64,000 nucleotides of DNA, taken from positions 3,452 to 67,451 of the forward strand of contig JBDHLU010000003.1 of assembly GCA_039656555.1 (NCBI GenBank), written 5' to 3'. The notes under the pieces are model-generated. The model had not been told where the DNA came from and ran no database searches. It saw only the letters and a program-made list of their open reading frames with translations. Of the stretch, positions 18,925 through 27,700 are shown piece after piece; position 1 is the first letter of the stretch, and each line of letters opens with the position of its first letter. The position numbers and the translations under genes are program-made. This DNA is from Gemmatimonadota bacterium. Its GTDB lineage: Bacteria; Gemmatimonadota; Gemmatimonadetes; Gemmatimonadales; GWC2-71-9.

Positions 18925-19317
18925 TTACGTTGGTCGGGTGGGCTGCGGGAGATGGGATCTGGCAATGCGCCAGAAGTATACACCGTAGGCAAGCGCATTC
19001 ACGAACAGGACGAGGGTCCCGAGAATGACTCGCAAGCTCACCGTCCAATCGGTCGGGTACAGCACCGGAAGGATGTAGTTCTCAACGAAGCCGCCCGTGT
19101 ATCCGGACTGGCCGGCGAGCCCTCGGAAGTGGTTCTCGAGCGGGGTGAGTGGGCAGACCCAACCGACAAACTCGATTGTCACTCCATAGAGGGCGGTCGG
19201 GATGTGCAGCCAGGCGATGCGTTGCCATCGCCAAGCGAGGAACCCGCCCAACAAGACAAATACTACGAATCCGACGTGAATGATGACTACCGAGTTGGCG
19301 AGAAGCTGGTACCACAT
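18925..19317 (-). CDS. DUF2784-like small membrane protein
   Basis: 130 aa with 4 TM segments and the motif GWVCPLTPLEN. Confidence 0.55.
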   Translation of the reverse strand: MWYQLLANSVVIIHVGFVVFVLLGGFLAWRWQRIAWLHIPTALYGVTIEFVGWVCPLTPLENHFRGLAGQSGYTGGFVENYILPVLYPTDWTVSLRVILGTLVLFVNALAYGVYFWRIARSHLPQPTRPT

Positions 19318-19331
19318 TCGAGTGAGATTCG

Positions 19332-20552
19332 CTAGGAGGGGGTGCGGTCCTCAGTGATGCCATCGAGAATCGATGACGCCGTCATGGTGCCTGTGACGTT
19401 GGTGGCCGTTCGGAACATGTCCGGAATGCGGTCCACGCCAAGAAGCACACCGAGCCCGTCGAGCGGAACACCGATGGTGCCCAGGGCTGGTGCCAGCGTC
19501 AACACGCTGGCGCTTGGCACACCGGCGACCGTAATGGACACGAGTGCGGTTGCGACAACGGCAACAGCCAAGCCCTCGAGTGGAAGTGGAATGCCGAAGA
19601 GCCATGCCAAGTACACCAGTGCTGTGCCCTGAAAGAGCGCGCTTCCGGCGCGGCCGACGGCGGCACCGAGCGCGATGATGAAGCTGGAGGAAGTACGCGA
19701 CAGGTGGAGGCGATCGGCGCTTTCGAGCATCGCTGGTACGGTCGCAGCCTGACTCGTGGTCGCGAACGCGATCATCTGTGGCTCGAGACATTCGCGCAGG
19801 AAGTCTCGCACCGGTACCGACGAGAAATACTTCACGGCTGGAACGTAGAATACTGCGATGAACACGAAACACCCGATGATCACCGCCAGGACGAACACGA
19901 ATAGACTTTGAAGTATGGCCCAACCTGATTGCGCGGTAACCGGAGCCGCGAGCGCGAAAACGCCAACGGGCGCTGTCCAGAGAATCCAGTGCACCAGTTT
20001 GACCATCGCCGCGACTACGGATTCGGCGATTCCGACAAGTCGCGCGCGATGCTCGTCTCCCAACGCACCGACGGCGGCGCCGAAGAAACAAATGAAGACG
20101 ATCAGTGGCAGGAGTGCCCCGTCTGAGGCGGCCCGGAACGGATTGGATGGGATGAGCCCCAGAAAGAAATCGATCGGCCCAGGGAGGGTCGGAACGTCCG
20201 CGGTTGCCGTGGCGGCCACTCCCCGCGCCGCTTCGCTGGCAAGCGGGAGCAGGAGGCGCATCGTCCCCATCCCAAGCAGAATGCTGATGACCGTGGTGCC
20301 CGCGAAGAAGGCCATGGTGAGAAGTCCGAGTTTTCCGAGCTTTTTGAGATCCCCTAACCCGGCCACCCCCACAAATAGTGTGGCGGCGACGAGCGGCACC
20401 ACGACCATTCTGAGAAGATTCACGAATGCGGTCCCCAACGGGGCCACACCGGTGGCGATGTCCATCAACAGGGGTATCTGCGTCGCCGATGCTAGGATCC
20501 CGAGCATAAGTCCGGCAAATAGGCCGATCGCAATGGCGACGTGAATCTTCAT
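19332..20552 (-). CDS. Dicarboxylate/amino acid:cation symporter (DAACS, GltP-like)
   Basis: 406-aa polytopic protein with a typical SDF-family layout (FFGAAVGALG..., ATTSQAATVPAMLE, DRIPDMFRTATNVTG). Confidence 0.85.
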   Translation of the reverse strand: MKIHVAIAIGLFAGLMLGILASATQIPLLMDIATGVAPLGTAFVNLLRMVVVPLVAATLFVGVAGLGDLKKLGKLGLLTMAFFAGTTVISILLGMGTMRLLLPLASEAARGVAATATADVPTLPGPIDFFLGLIPSNPFRAASDGALLPLIVFICFFGAAVGALGDEHRARLVGIAESVVAAMVKLVHWILWTAPVGVFALAAPVTAQSGWAILQSLFVFVLAVIIGCFVFIAVFYVPAVKYFSSVPVRDFLRECLEPQMIAFATTSQAATVPAMLESADRLHLSRTSSSFIIALGAAVGRAGSALFQGTALVYLAWLFGIPLPLEGLAVAVVATALVSITVAGVPSASVLTLAPALGTIGVPLDGLGVLLGVDRIPDMFRTATNVTGTMTASSILDGITEDRTPS

Positions 20553-20632
20553 GGACTACCTTTCCGCGCTTCCCATAGCTTGGGTTGACAGTCGTTCCCA
20601 CGGACGGGGGATTTGTGACGCACGCGCAAACA

Positions 20633-21412
20633 ATGACACCACGATGGGCTTTGGTCCTTGGCGCCTCGAGCGGCTTTGGTGGCGCATGTGTCAGGGCCTT
20701 GGCGAACGCCGGCTACGACATAGCTGGCGTGCATCTCGACCGCAAGGCCGGACTCGAGCGCGTCGAGGAGATCAAGGCCACGGTTGAAGGGGCCGGCCAA
20801 CGAGCGCTGTTCTTCAATATGAACGCAGCCGACGAAGACAAGCGCCAAGAGGTCGTCGATACACTCGCCAGGGATATCGAAGCAAACGGCGGTGGCGTCG
20901 CGGTGCTCATGCATTCGTTGGCCTTTGGGACGCTCAAGCCTTACATCGGCGACGACGTCTTGAGCAAGCCCAATATCCAGATGACTCTCGACGTCATGGC
21001 GCACTCGCTGGTGTATTGGGCCCAGGATATTACGCATCGAAAACTCATGGGGCGTGGCGGACGTATCTTTGCCATGACGTCATCGGGCTCGACGCGGGTC
21101 ATCGAATCCTACGGCGCCATATCGGCTGCCAAGAGCGCTCTGGAATCGCACACCCGTCAGTTGGCTCTCGAGCTTGCGCCGCTGGGTATTACCGCTAATG
21201 CACTCCGAGGGGGCGTCACCGACACGCCAGCAGCCCGGCGAATTCCGGGAAGCGACCGGCTCTTCGAACTAGCGGCTCAGCGCAACCCGTACAAACGGCT
21301 CACGACCCCCGAAGACGTGGCGAATGCTGTGGTGGCTTTGTGCGATCCGGGTACCGATTGGATTACCGGCAACGTCATCAACGTTGACGGTGGCGAGGAA
21401 GTTACGAGTTAA
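20633..21412 (+). CDS. Short-chain dehydrogenase/reductase (enoyl-ACP reductase FabL-like)
   Basis: ALVLGASSGFGGA (Rossmann motif), SYGAISAAKSALES (YxxxK) and ITGNVINVDGG at the C-terminus. ATG at 20633. Confidence 0.8.
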   Translation: MTPRWALVLGASSGFGGACVRALANAGYDIAGVHLDRKAGLERVEEIKATVEGAGQRALFFNMNAADEDKRQEVVDTLARDIEANGGGVAVLMHSLAFGTLKPYIGDDVLSKPNIQMTLDVMAHSLVYWAQDITHRKLMGRGGRIFAMTSSGSTRVIESYGAISAAKSALESHTRQLALELAPLGITANALRGGVTDTPAARRIPGSDRLFELAAQRNPYKRLTTPEDVANAVVALCDPGTDWITGNVINVDGGEEVTS

Positions 21413-21984
21413 CCGGGATACTCGATCTTGAGCCGTGCGAGCTCATCTTCGAGCTGTTTCAATCGTTCGGTAATCACCACCTCAGCCGGCTTGGCAGTCG
21501 TGACCGGTACACCGCGTTTGTCCAGCAACGTTTCTATCAACTCGTCGGTATAGCCCACCACCGCATGCGCGATACACTTGTCGACGATGCGGTTGAGGCG
21601 TAGCAAAATCGCCATGGATTGGCGCACCGACAGAGAGAAGACCGATTCCGACAGGTGGCGGATCAATAACTCACGCAAGTGTTGAATCTCTTCGACCACT
21701 TCACCGGCAGCGAGGCCCCGGATGATGGCGAGACGACCGTACGTGTCGCTCGCGTCGAACCAGAGTTCCGCCCCCTGTCGTCGCAGGGGCCCTGTAACTT
21801 CGATGAGAATGTCGATGAGAAGGCCGAACTGGCGTTCGAGTGTCGAACCAACCTCGCTCGAGACACCGGCCGTTCGGACGGCCACCCACTCTGTCCATTG
21901 GGATACGAGGTCATCACGAACGGCCAGCAGTGCTGTTCGCGTCGCGATTATCGCTGGATTGGACGGGCGGGTCGAAAGACCCAT
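21409..21984 (-). CDS. Hypothetical helical protein (RsbRD-N-like globin-coupled-sensor-type N-domain?)
   Basis: 191-aa ORF in an otherwise empty interval, helical throughout. The family assignment is only an impression. Confidence 0.4.
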   Translation of the reverse strand: MGLSTRPSNPAIIATRTALLAVRDDLVSQWTEWVAVRTAGVSSEVGSTLERQFGLLIDILIEVTGPLRRQGAELWFDASDTYGRLAIIRGLAAGEVVEEIQHLRELLIRHLSESVFSLSVRQSMAILLRLNRIVDKCIAHAVVGYTDELIETLLDKRGVPVTTAKPAEVVITERLKQLEDELARLKIEYPG

Positions 21985-22052
21985 CGACTTCCCCGAAGGC
22001 TGGAGAGGGGTGGGAATCTACGCAAAGGTGAAAGGGAGGTCAAAGCGACCCG

Positions 22053-22901
22053 ATGGCCACTGTAACGACCACGGCATTCGAACTGACAGGCGCGGACGGC
22101 CGACCACTCAGCGGAGACGTCAGGACTGCTGAAGCGGGGCAGGATCGACCGGCAGTCATCATTTGTCACGGATTCAAAGGATTCAAAGATTGGGGGTTCT
22201 TTCCTCATGTGGCACTGCGCCTCGCGCGTGCGGGCATGACGGCCGTCTCTTTCAATTTCAGCGGAAGCGGCATTGGACCCGACGGGCAGACGTTCAGCGA
22301 ACCGGATCGCTTTGGCCACACCACGTTTTCCAATGACCTGCATGACATCGATACGGTGATGGCCCAATGCCGTGCTGGAGACCTGGTAGATGGTTTGGCG
22401 CGTCCTACTCGCACGGGCCTGCTCGGCCACAGTCGAGGCGGTGGCACTTCTACGCTGTATAGTGCCGAACATCATGAAGTCAGCGCGCTGGTCACCTGGG
22501 CGGCGATTTCAACGGTCCACCGTTGGGAAGAAGATGTGGTCGAACGATGGCGGCGCGACGGCAAGACCGACATCGTCAATTCGCGCACCGGCGAAGTGTT
22601 ATCGATGTACCTCGATATGTTGAACGATATGGAACAGAATGCGGGCCGGTTGGACATAGAAGCAGCCGCGTTGACGGTGAGATGCCCGTGGCTGATCGTT
22701 CACGGCGATGCTGACGAGACGGTTGACGTGGCGGAGGGACGCCGCTTGTACGCCGCGGCTGATCCGAACGTGTCGTCTATGGAAGTCGTAGAGGCCGGAA
22801 GTCACACCTTCGGGGTCCAACACCCTTGGGCAGGGAGTACCAAGGAACTCGACCGAGCCATGGACGTGACGGTCGAATGGTTCGTCTCACATCTATTGTA
22901 A
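22053..22901 (+). CDS. Alpha/beta hydrolase
   Basis: VIICHGFKGFKD, nucleophile elbow LLGHSRGGG, and C-terminal HGDADETV...GSHTF. Confidence 0.75.
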   Translation: MATVTTTAFELTGADGRPLSGDVRTAEAGQDRPAVIICHGFKGFKDWGFFPHVALRLARAGMTAVSFNFSGSGIGPDGQTFSEPDRFGHTTFSNDLHDIDTVMAQCRAGDLVDGLARPTRTGLLGHSRGGGTSTLYSAEHHEVSALVTWAAISTVHRWEEDVVERWRRDGKTDIVNSRTGEVLSMYLDMLNDMEQNAGRLDIEAAALTVRCPWLIVHGDADETVDVAEGRRLYAAADPNVSSMEVVEAGSHTFGVQHPWAGSTKELDRAMDVTVEWFVSHLL

Positions 22902-22910
22902 CAAAAAAGA

Positions 22911-22935
22911 AGGGCGACCGCTGCTGGGTCGCCCT
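22911..22935. terminator. Bidirectional intrinsic terminator hairpin
   Basis: AGGGCGACC-gctgctg-GGTCGCCCT, a perfect 9-bp stem. It is flanked by AAAAAAGA on the left, which gives a U-tract for minus-strand transcripts, and by TTTCG on the right. Confidence 0.55.
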
Positions 22936-22941
22936 TTCGCC

Positions 22942-23082
22942 TTACAGGCCGGCCGAGTAGAGCTCTTCTACTGTTTCGTCCCGGTCCGTTAAGATGGGTA
23001 CTAACGCCCTTCGTCGACGCATAAAGAAGCCTGCGACGGCGAGGGTAGCGATGGCCAGAATGCCGACACTAAAGTTTCTGAT
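22942..23082 (-). CDS. Possible 46-aa single-TM peptide with non-canonical ATC start
   Basis: AGGAGG, 5 nt, then ATC AGA AAC... gives (I)RNFSVGILAIATLAVAGFFMRRRRALVPILTDRDETVEELYSAGL-stop. The stop is followed by the hairpin plus T-tract at 22901-22935. There is no in-frame ATG/GTG/TTG near the SD. Confidence 0.3.
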   Translation of the reverse strand: MRNFSVGILAIATLAVAGFFMRRRRALVPILTDRDETVEELYSAGL

Positions 23083-23198
23083 GTTCGCCTCCTTGCTCGA
23101 GTCATGATGTCACCGAACCCGCTTCGCACCAATATACTGAACTACGCAAGGGGTCCAATGTTCCACTTCAACCTGCAACCACCAAAGGCTCAACGCCC

Positions 23199-23762
23199 GT
23201 GAATGTTGGCGATGCCCGATCGATGCTACGGCGCCATGATCCCGTTTGTGTCAGCGATCCGTCACGAAAACAGGCAGCCGTCGCAATCGTGTTGTTGCCG
23301 TTTGGCGACACCGATAGCGAAATCCTGCTCATCAAACGTGCCAACCGCCCGGGCGATCCGTGGTCCGGTCAGATGGCTCTCCCCGGGGGACGCCGAAGCC
23401 CCGAGGATGCAGACCTCGCCGCCACCGCGATCCGGGAGACGAGAGAGGAGACCGGGATCGATTTGGCCCGGGGCGACCTCTTGGGCCAACTCGACGATCA
23501 TGCCCCCAAAACGCCTGAGCTGCCGCCCATTCTGGTTCGCCCCTTCGTGTTCGTATTGGAATCCCGTCCGTCGATCCGGCCGAATCACGAGGTGGAGCGC
23601 CACCTGTGGGCATCCGCCCACGGGCTTGAAGCGTCCGAACGAGAAGCTCGAGTGCGGGTCCGAGATGCGGATCTCATAGTCCCGGCGTTCCACGCGGAGG
23701 GCGAGGTAATCTGGGGGATGACCCACCGTATCATTACTAACTTCTTTGACTTAGGGAGTTGA
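23199..23762 (+). CDS. Nudix hydrolase (CoA pyrophosphatase-like)
   Basis: Nudix box GGRRSPEDADLAATAIRETREETGI, preceded by the AAVAIVLLP...ILLIKRA pattern typical of the NudL/CoAse subgroup. Confidence 0.75.
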   Translation: MNVGDARSMLRRHDPVCVSDPSRKQAAVAIVLLPFGDTDSEILLIKRANRPGDPWSGQMALPGGRRSPEDADLAATAIRETREETGIDLARGDLLGQLDDHAPKTPELPPILVRPFVFVLESRPSIRPNHEVERHLWASAHGLEASEREARVRVRDADLIVPAFHAEGEVIWGMTHRIITNFFDLGS

Positions 23763-23777
23763 GGTGGCGAGGCGAAC

Positions 23778-23820
23778 TTGCCTGGAGGATAAGCCTCAAC
23801 TATAATTTAGGCTGACCTAA
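23778..23820 (+). promoter_or_regulatory. Promoter plus DtxR/IdeR-type operator upstream of the DtxR-family gene
   Basis: TTGCCT (23778-23783), 17 nt, TATAAT (23801-23806). It is immediately followed by the palindrome TTAGG-CTGA-CCTAA (23807-23820), which resembles the iron-box half-sites TTAGG/CCTAA. A GGGAG SD precedes ATG 23836. Confidence 0.5.
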
Positions 23821-23835
23821 CTTTCGCAGGGAGTC

Positions 23836-24540
23836 ATGGTCCCGCCCGCTCAAACAGGATTCAGCCGATCGATCGAAGATTATCTCAAGACCATCTACGA
23901 GCTCGAATTGGCAGGGGGCGCCGCTCAGACGAGCGCCATCGCCGAGGCCTTGGAGGTTGCGCCACCGTCGGTTTCCGGGATGGTCAAGCGGTTATCTGAA
24001 TCGGGATTGCTCGAACATGCCCCATATCGCGGGGTGCAGCTCACGCGATCCGGGAAACGGGCGGCGCTCCGCATTGTCCGACGTCATCGCGTTCTCGAAA
24101 CCTACCTCATGTCGAAGCTCGGCTACGATTGGGACTCAGTGCACGGAGAGGCCGAACGCCTCGAACACGCAGTGTCCGATGAGTTGATCGAGCGAATGGC
24201 GATGGCGCTCGGCAACCCGCAATACGATCCTCACGGTGCCCCGATCCCGACCAAAGATGGAGATGTCGAGGAGCCGGAGACTGTCGCGCTTTCCGATATT
24301 TCAGTAGGCGCGGTGGCGGAACTTCGCATGGTGAAGGATCGCAACCCTGAGGTGCTTCGTTATCTGGCCTCGCTCGGACTCAGGCCGGGTGTGTCGTTCG
24401 AGGTGGTGGGGCGCCAACCCTTCCGTGGACCGATCACCATTCGCGTGCAATCACCCGCAAGGAAGGAAACGGAGAAGGTGATCGGGAACGAGCTTGCGCA
24501 ATCGCTCCATTGCGTCTTGGCCGAAGATGCAGTCGGGTAG
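23836..24540 (+). CDS. DtxR/MntR-family metal-dependent transcriptional repressor with FeoA/SH3-like C-domain
   Basis: IEDYLKTIYEL...TSAIAEALEVAPPSVSGMVKRL (wHTH), RRHRVLETYL and DSVHGEAERLEH (metal sites), plus a C-terminal FeoA-like domain. Confidence 0.85.
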   Translation: MVPPAQTGFSRSIEDYLKTIYELELAGGAAQTSAIAEALEVAPPSVSGMVKRLSESGLLEHAPYRGVQLTRSGKRAALRIVRRHRVLETYLMSKLGYDWDSVHGEAERLEHAVSDELIERMAMALGNPQYDPHGAPIPTKDGDVEEPETVALSDISVGAVAELRMVKDRNPEVLRYLASLGLRPGVSFEVVGRQPFRGPITIRVQSPARKETEKVIGNELAQSLHCVLAEDAVG

Positions 24541-24542
24541 GT

Positions 24543-25493
24543 TTACTTCTCCTTGGCGAGTTCCATACCTCGCAGGATGGCAGCCAGGCGCCGATCACGC
24601 GCTGGCCTGATTCGATCCGCGTCTTCCGCATAAGCTCGTTCGACCGCAGCTACGAGCTTGCGACGCTGTTCGGGTTCGAGTTTGGACCAGGTCGGAAGGT
24701 CTTCCCATATTCCCTCGTACGTTTGCAACAGGTGCTGAATGAACGCCCTCACCCCGCCTTCCCCGGCGGCGAGATGGTAAGTGAGGTGTGGTCCGGCTGC
24801 CGCCCAAGCGAGCGCGGGTCCGAGAGAAACCGCTCGGTCTAGATCGTCCACATCGATAACGCCCTCGAGTACGAGATCGATCGCTTCGCGCCAAACGGCG
24901 GCTGAGATCCGCATGGCTACGTTCCCGGGTACGGGTTTCTTGATCTCGACCGGAATCCGACCGAGGGCCCGCAACCATCCCTTGGCCAACTCGATGAGGG
25001 TATGGTCGGTCTCAGCCCCGGAAACGACTTCTACGAGTGGAATCAGCTCCACAGGAGTCTGCGGGTGGACGACGAAACATCGGTGATGGAGTGTGCACCG
25101 GGCCGCGATGTCTTTGGCCATGAAGGCGCCGCTCGAACTGGTGATTGCCCTCGCGCGTTGAGCCACCGACTCGATGCTTTCGAAAATCTTCTGTTTGAAG
25201 CGGAGATCTTCAGGGCCGGCTTCAATGATCCAATCCGCGTCCCTACACGCTTCGAGCAGGCTCCGCGCGACGACGAGATTGTGCAGTCCCGCTTCAACGT
25301 GCGGTGCGGTTGCTCTGTCCAACGCGACCAGCATCCTTGCCCGCATCTTGATTTCGTCGGGAGCCTTGGCGGTGGCGTCGGCATCGGCATCGAATATGGA
25401 AACCGGCCAACCGGCGGCGGTACATAGGGCGGCCCACCCTTGGCCGACATCGCCGAGTCCAATGATGGCAACACGCACATTTCCGTCAGTCAT
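24543..25493 (-). CDS. 3-hydroxyacyl-CoA dehydrogenase family protein (NAD-binding)
   Basis: VRVAIIGLGDVGQGWA Rossmann motif with a 3HCDH-like middle part. ATG 25493 forms an 8-nt overlap (ATGACTGA) with the upstream gene stop. Confidence 0.7.
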   Translation of the reverse strand: MTDGNVRVAIIGLGDVGQGWAALCTAAGWPVSIFDADADATAKAPDEIKMRARMLVALDRATAPHVEAGLHNLVVARSLLEACRDADWIIEAGPEDLRFKQKIFESIESVAQRARAITSSSGAFMAKDIAARCTLHHRCFVVHPQTPVELIPLVEVVSGAETDHTLIELAKGWLRALGRIPVEIKKPVPGNVAMRISAAVWREAIDLVLEGVIDVDDLDRAVSLGPALAWAAAGPHLTYHLAAGEGGVRAFIQHLLQTYEGIWEDLPTWSKLEPEQRRKLVAAVERAYAEDADRIRPARDRRLAAILRGMELAKEK

Positions 25494-26433
25494 GCATTTT
25501 CTCCGAAAAAGATCGGCCCACCGGCTCACCGAACACCCGAGCGAGGAGCGACCGCATCCGTGGAACTACCACGTGACGAGCAACGGCCGTTGGTGCCCCT
25601 TTCGGACGCACCACTGTATGGCCCCTGTATTCATTCTCGTCAAGATCTACACTTAGCCTCAGCGTCTCGAAATCGAGGATTCCGGGGCTGATCACTTCGG
25701 CGATCGGTAGTGGGTCGTTGACGAAGCAGCCAGCCACGCCAAGCTCACGCTGGTGGGTTTCCACATAGAAGCGAAGCGCCGCCACCAACCATGATATCAA
25801 TGCATTTGGACTCCGGGACAACCGCTCCAACTCGGACGCACCGAGGGCGATTTGGCGGGTGACGTCCAGTCCGACCATGTGACACGCCAGTCCCGATTCG
25901 AGGACGCATTCCACCGCCTCAGGGTCGGACCAGGCATTGAAGTCGGCTTGCCGATCTTTGCGTCCGCGTTCGTCCACAGTCCCGAACATGCCGATATGCC
26001 CACAGGTCTTCTCCAAGACCAAGGCCGAATCCCGTTCGAGGGCGTGCGCCAGATTTGTCAAAGGCCCCAGCGTAACGAGCACCACTGGTGTGGGCTGGAC
26101 GTCGAGAACGTCGAGCAGCACGGTGGGGTTGGGGTCGACGTGCGGTGCCGGACCGACGGGGGCATACCCGACCCCTGATTCGCCATGCGTTTGCGTGGCG
26201 ATGGCCACCGTTCGTCGAAGCGGTTTGCTCGACCCGGGGGCCACCAAGACGTCCGACCGGCCGACGAGGTCGAGCACGATGGTCGCATTCCGGTTGGTTT
26301 TGTCGAGTTCTACGTTGCCGTAGGTCGTCGTGACCGCGCGGACGTCTATTTCAGGCGACCGGGCAGCCAACGCCAGGGCAACGACATCGTCGATGCCCGG
26401 GTCGCAGTCAATGACGACGGGAGTCGTTTGCAT
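25486..26433 (-). CDS. Nucleoside hydrolase (inosine-uridine preferring family)
   Basis: The N-terminal VVIDCDPGIDDVVALALA signature (DxDxxxDD) is diagnostic of IUNH. ATG at 26433. Confidence 0.85.
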   Translation of the reverse strand: MQTTPVVIDCDPGIDDVVALALAARSPEIDVRAVTTTYGNVELDKTNRNATIVLDLVGRSDVLVAPGSSKPLRRTVAIATQTHGESGVGYAPVGPAPHVDPNPTVLLDVLDVQPTPVVLVTLGPLTNLAHALERDSALVLEKTCGHIGMFGTVDERGRKDRQADFNAWSDPEAVECVLESGLACHMVGLDVTRQIALGASELERLSRSPNALISWLVAALRFYVETHQRELGVAGCFVNDPLPIAEVISPGILDFETLRLSVDLDENEYRGHTVVRPKGAPTAVARHVVVPRMRSLLARVFGEPVGRSFSEKMHD

Positions 26434-26476
26434 GTAGAGGGGCGGAGGGCATCTTTCCGTTAGGCAATGAAACGGG

Positions 26477-26863
26477 ATGGGAATGACCACGGAAGTACGG
26501 AGCCAGTATCAGACCTTGCTACGTGATTTCGGAGAGGGATGGTCGACCGGCGATGCCGCCAAGGTCGGGGCACTCTTCTCTGAAGACGGCACGTTCATTC
26601 CTGATCCGTTCGAAGCGGAAGTACGTGGTCGTGCGGCGATTGAGGCGTATTGGAAGGACCTTCCGCACGAGCAAGCCGAGATCGAATTTCGGTTTGGGGA
26701 AGTGTATTCGGTGGGCCCATGGTTCTCCGCGGAGTTCAAATGCACGTTTCGCCGTCGCCGAACCGGCGAGCCAGTAGACGTTCGTGGTGCGATTTTTTGT
26801 GAGACCGTCGATGGAATGATTTCGGAGATGCGCATGTACTACCACCGAACCGTCGGAGGCTGA
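26477..26863 (+). CDS. SnoaL/NTF2-like fold protein
   Basis: 128 aa with the pattern W..GD...V..LF.EDG.F....F......GR.AI..YW typical of SnoaL/DUF4440 proteins. Confidence 0.55.
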   Translation: MGMTTEVRSQYQTLLRDFGEGWSTGDAAKVGALFSEDGTFIPDPFEAEVRGRAAIEAYWKDLPHEQAEIEFRFGEVYSVGPWFSAEFKCTFRRRRTGEPVDVRGAIFCETVDGMISEMRMYYHRTVGG

Positions 26864-26869
26864 CAAAGC

Positions 26870-27685
26870 GTGTCGACCACGGTGCTGTTGGGAACCCAGG
26901 GATGGAAAGTTGGGGCGTGGGTCGGTCCGTTCTATCCTCACGGGACCACTAGCGCTGACAAGCTTGCCATGTACGCCCGAGCATTCGATACGGTCGAGGT
27001 GGGCTCGAGTTCGTTTGCGATCCCGGCCGAGCCCGTAGTCCGCGATTGGGCCGAACAGGTTCCCAGCGAGTTTCGATTCGCGTTCAAAGTGCCGCAACAG
27101 GTCACGCACGAACGGCAGCTGCAAGACACCGAGATCATCGTCCGGCGGTTCCTAGACCGGGTCTCGGTGTTGGGCGAGCGGTTGGGGCCGTTGTTGGTGC
27201 AACTGAGTCCGGCCTTTCGGCCGAACGATGAAAACCACTCGATTGTCGATGCGTTTTGTGGGACACTGCCCCCGGAGTTTCAATGGGCGATCGAATTTCG
27301 GCATGCCGGATGGATGACCGGTGCGACTCTCGATATGCTCCGTAGCCACGGTATCGCAACGGTCCTGGCCGATTCGCGGTGGATCCCTCGCGAGATGATT
27401 CCGGACCTGGCCCTTGAGCCAACGGCCGATTTTGGCTACCTGCGGTGGGAAGGAACCGGCCGGCGACTGACTGATGTTTCCCGGCCTCAACTCGATCGCG
27501 ATAACGAACTAGATCTCTGGCACGACATCATCAACACGCTCGGCGAACGCGTTACGACGATCTATGGCTACTTCAACGATCAGTTTCAGGGACACGCGCC
27601 GCACAGTGTGAGGACGTTGCAGGAGCGCCTGGGTCAATCTCCCGTACCACCGGAGGCCATGCGTGAGCAGGCCGAGCTTTTTTAG
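26870..27685 (+). CDS. DUF72 (UPF0759) family protein
   Basis: 271 aa. GTQGWKVGAWVGPFYP...LAMYARAFDTVEV..SFFAIP-like N-terminus and the FEFRH..W motif are typical of DUF72. Confidence 0.75.
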   Translation: MSTTVLLGTQGWKVGAWVGPFYPHGTTSADKLAMYARAFDTVEVGSSSFAIPAEPVVRDWAEQVPSEFRFAFKVPQQVTHERQLQDTEIIVRRFLDRVSVLGERLGPLLVQLSPAFRPNDENHSIVDAFCGTLPPEFQWAIEFRHAGWMTGATLDMLRSHGIATVLADSRWIPREMIPDLALEPTADFGYLRWEGTGRRLTDVSRPQLDRDNELDLWHDIINTLGERVTTIYGYFNDQFQGHAPHSVRTLQERLGQSPVPPEAMREQAELF

Positions 27686-27700
27686 CCTGGTAGGGTAGCC

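Noticed and set aside
17942-18988. 348-aa plus-strand ORF
   Set aside because: It lies antisense to the S9 peptidase gene, which has clear GxSxG and propeller features. I recognise no motif.
19351-20601. 416-aa minus-strand ORF in an alternative frame of the DAACS symporter gene
   Set aside because: It is extremely Arg/Gly/His-rich (RRRRRCVGRRASRATCRNRR...). The overlapping frame 19332..20552 encodes a coherent polytopic transporter.
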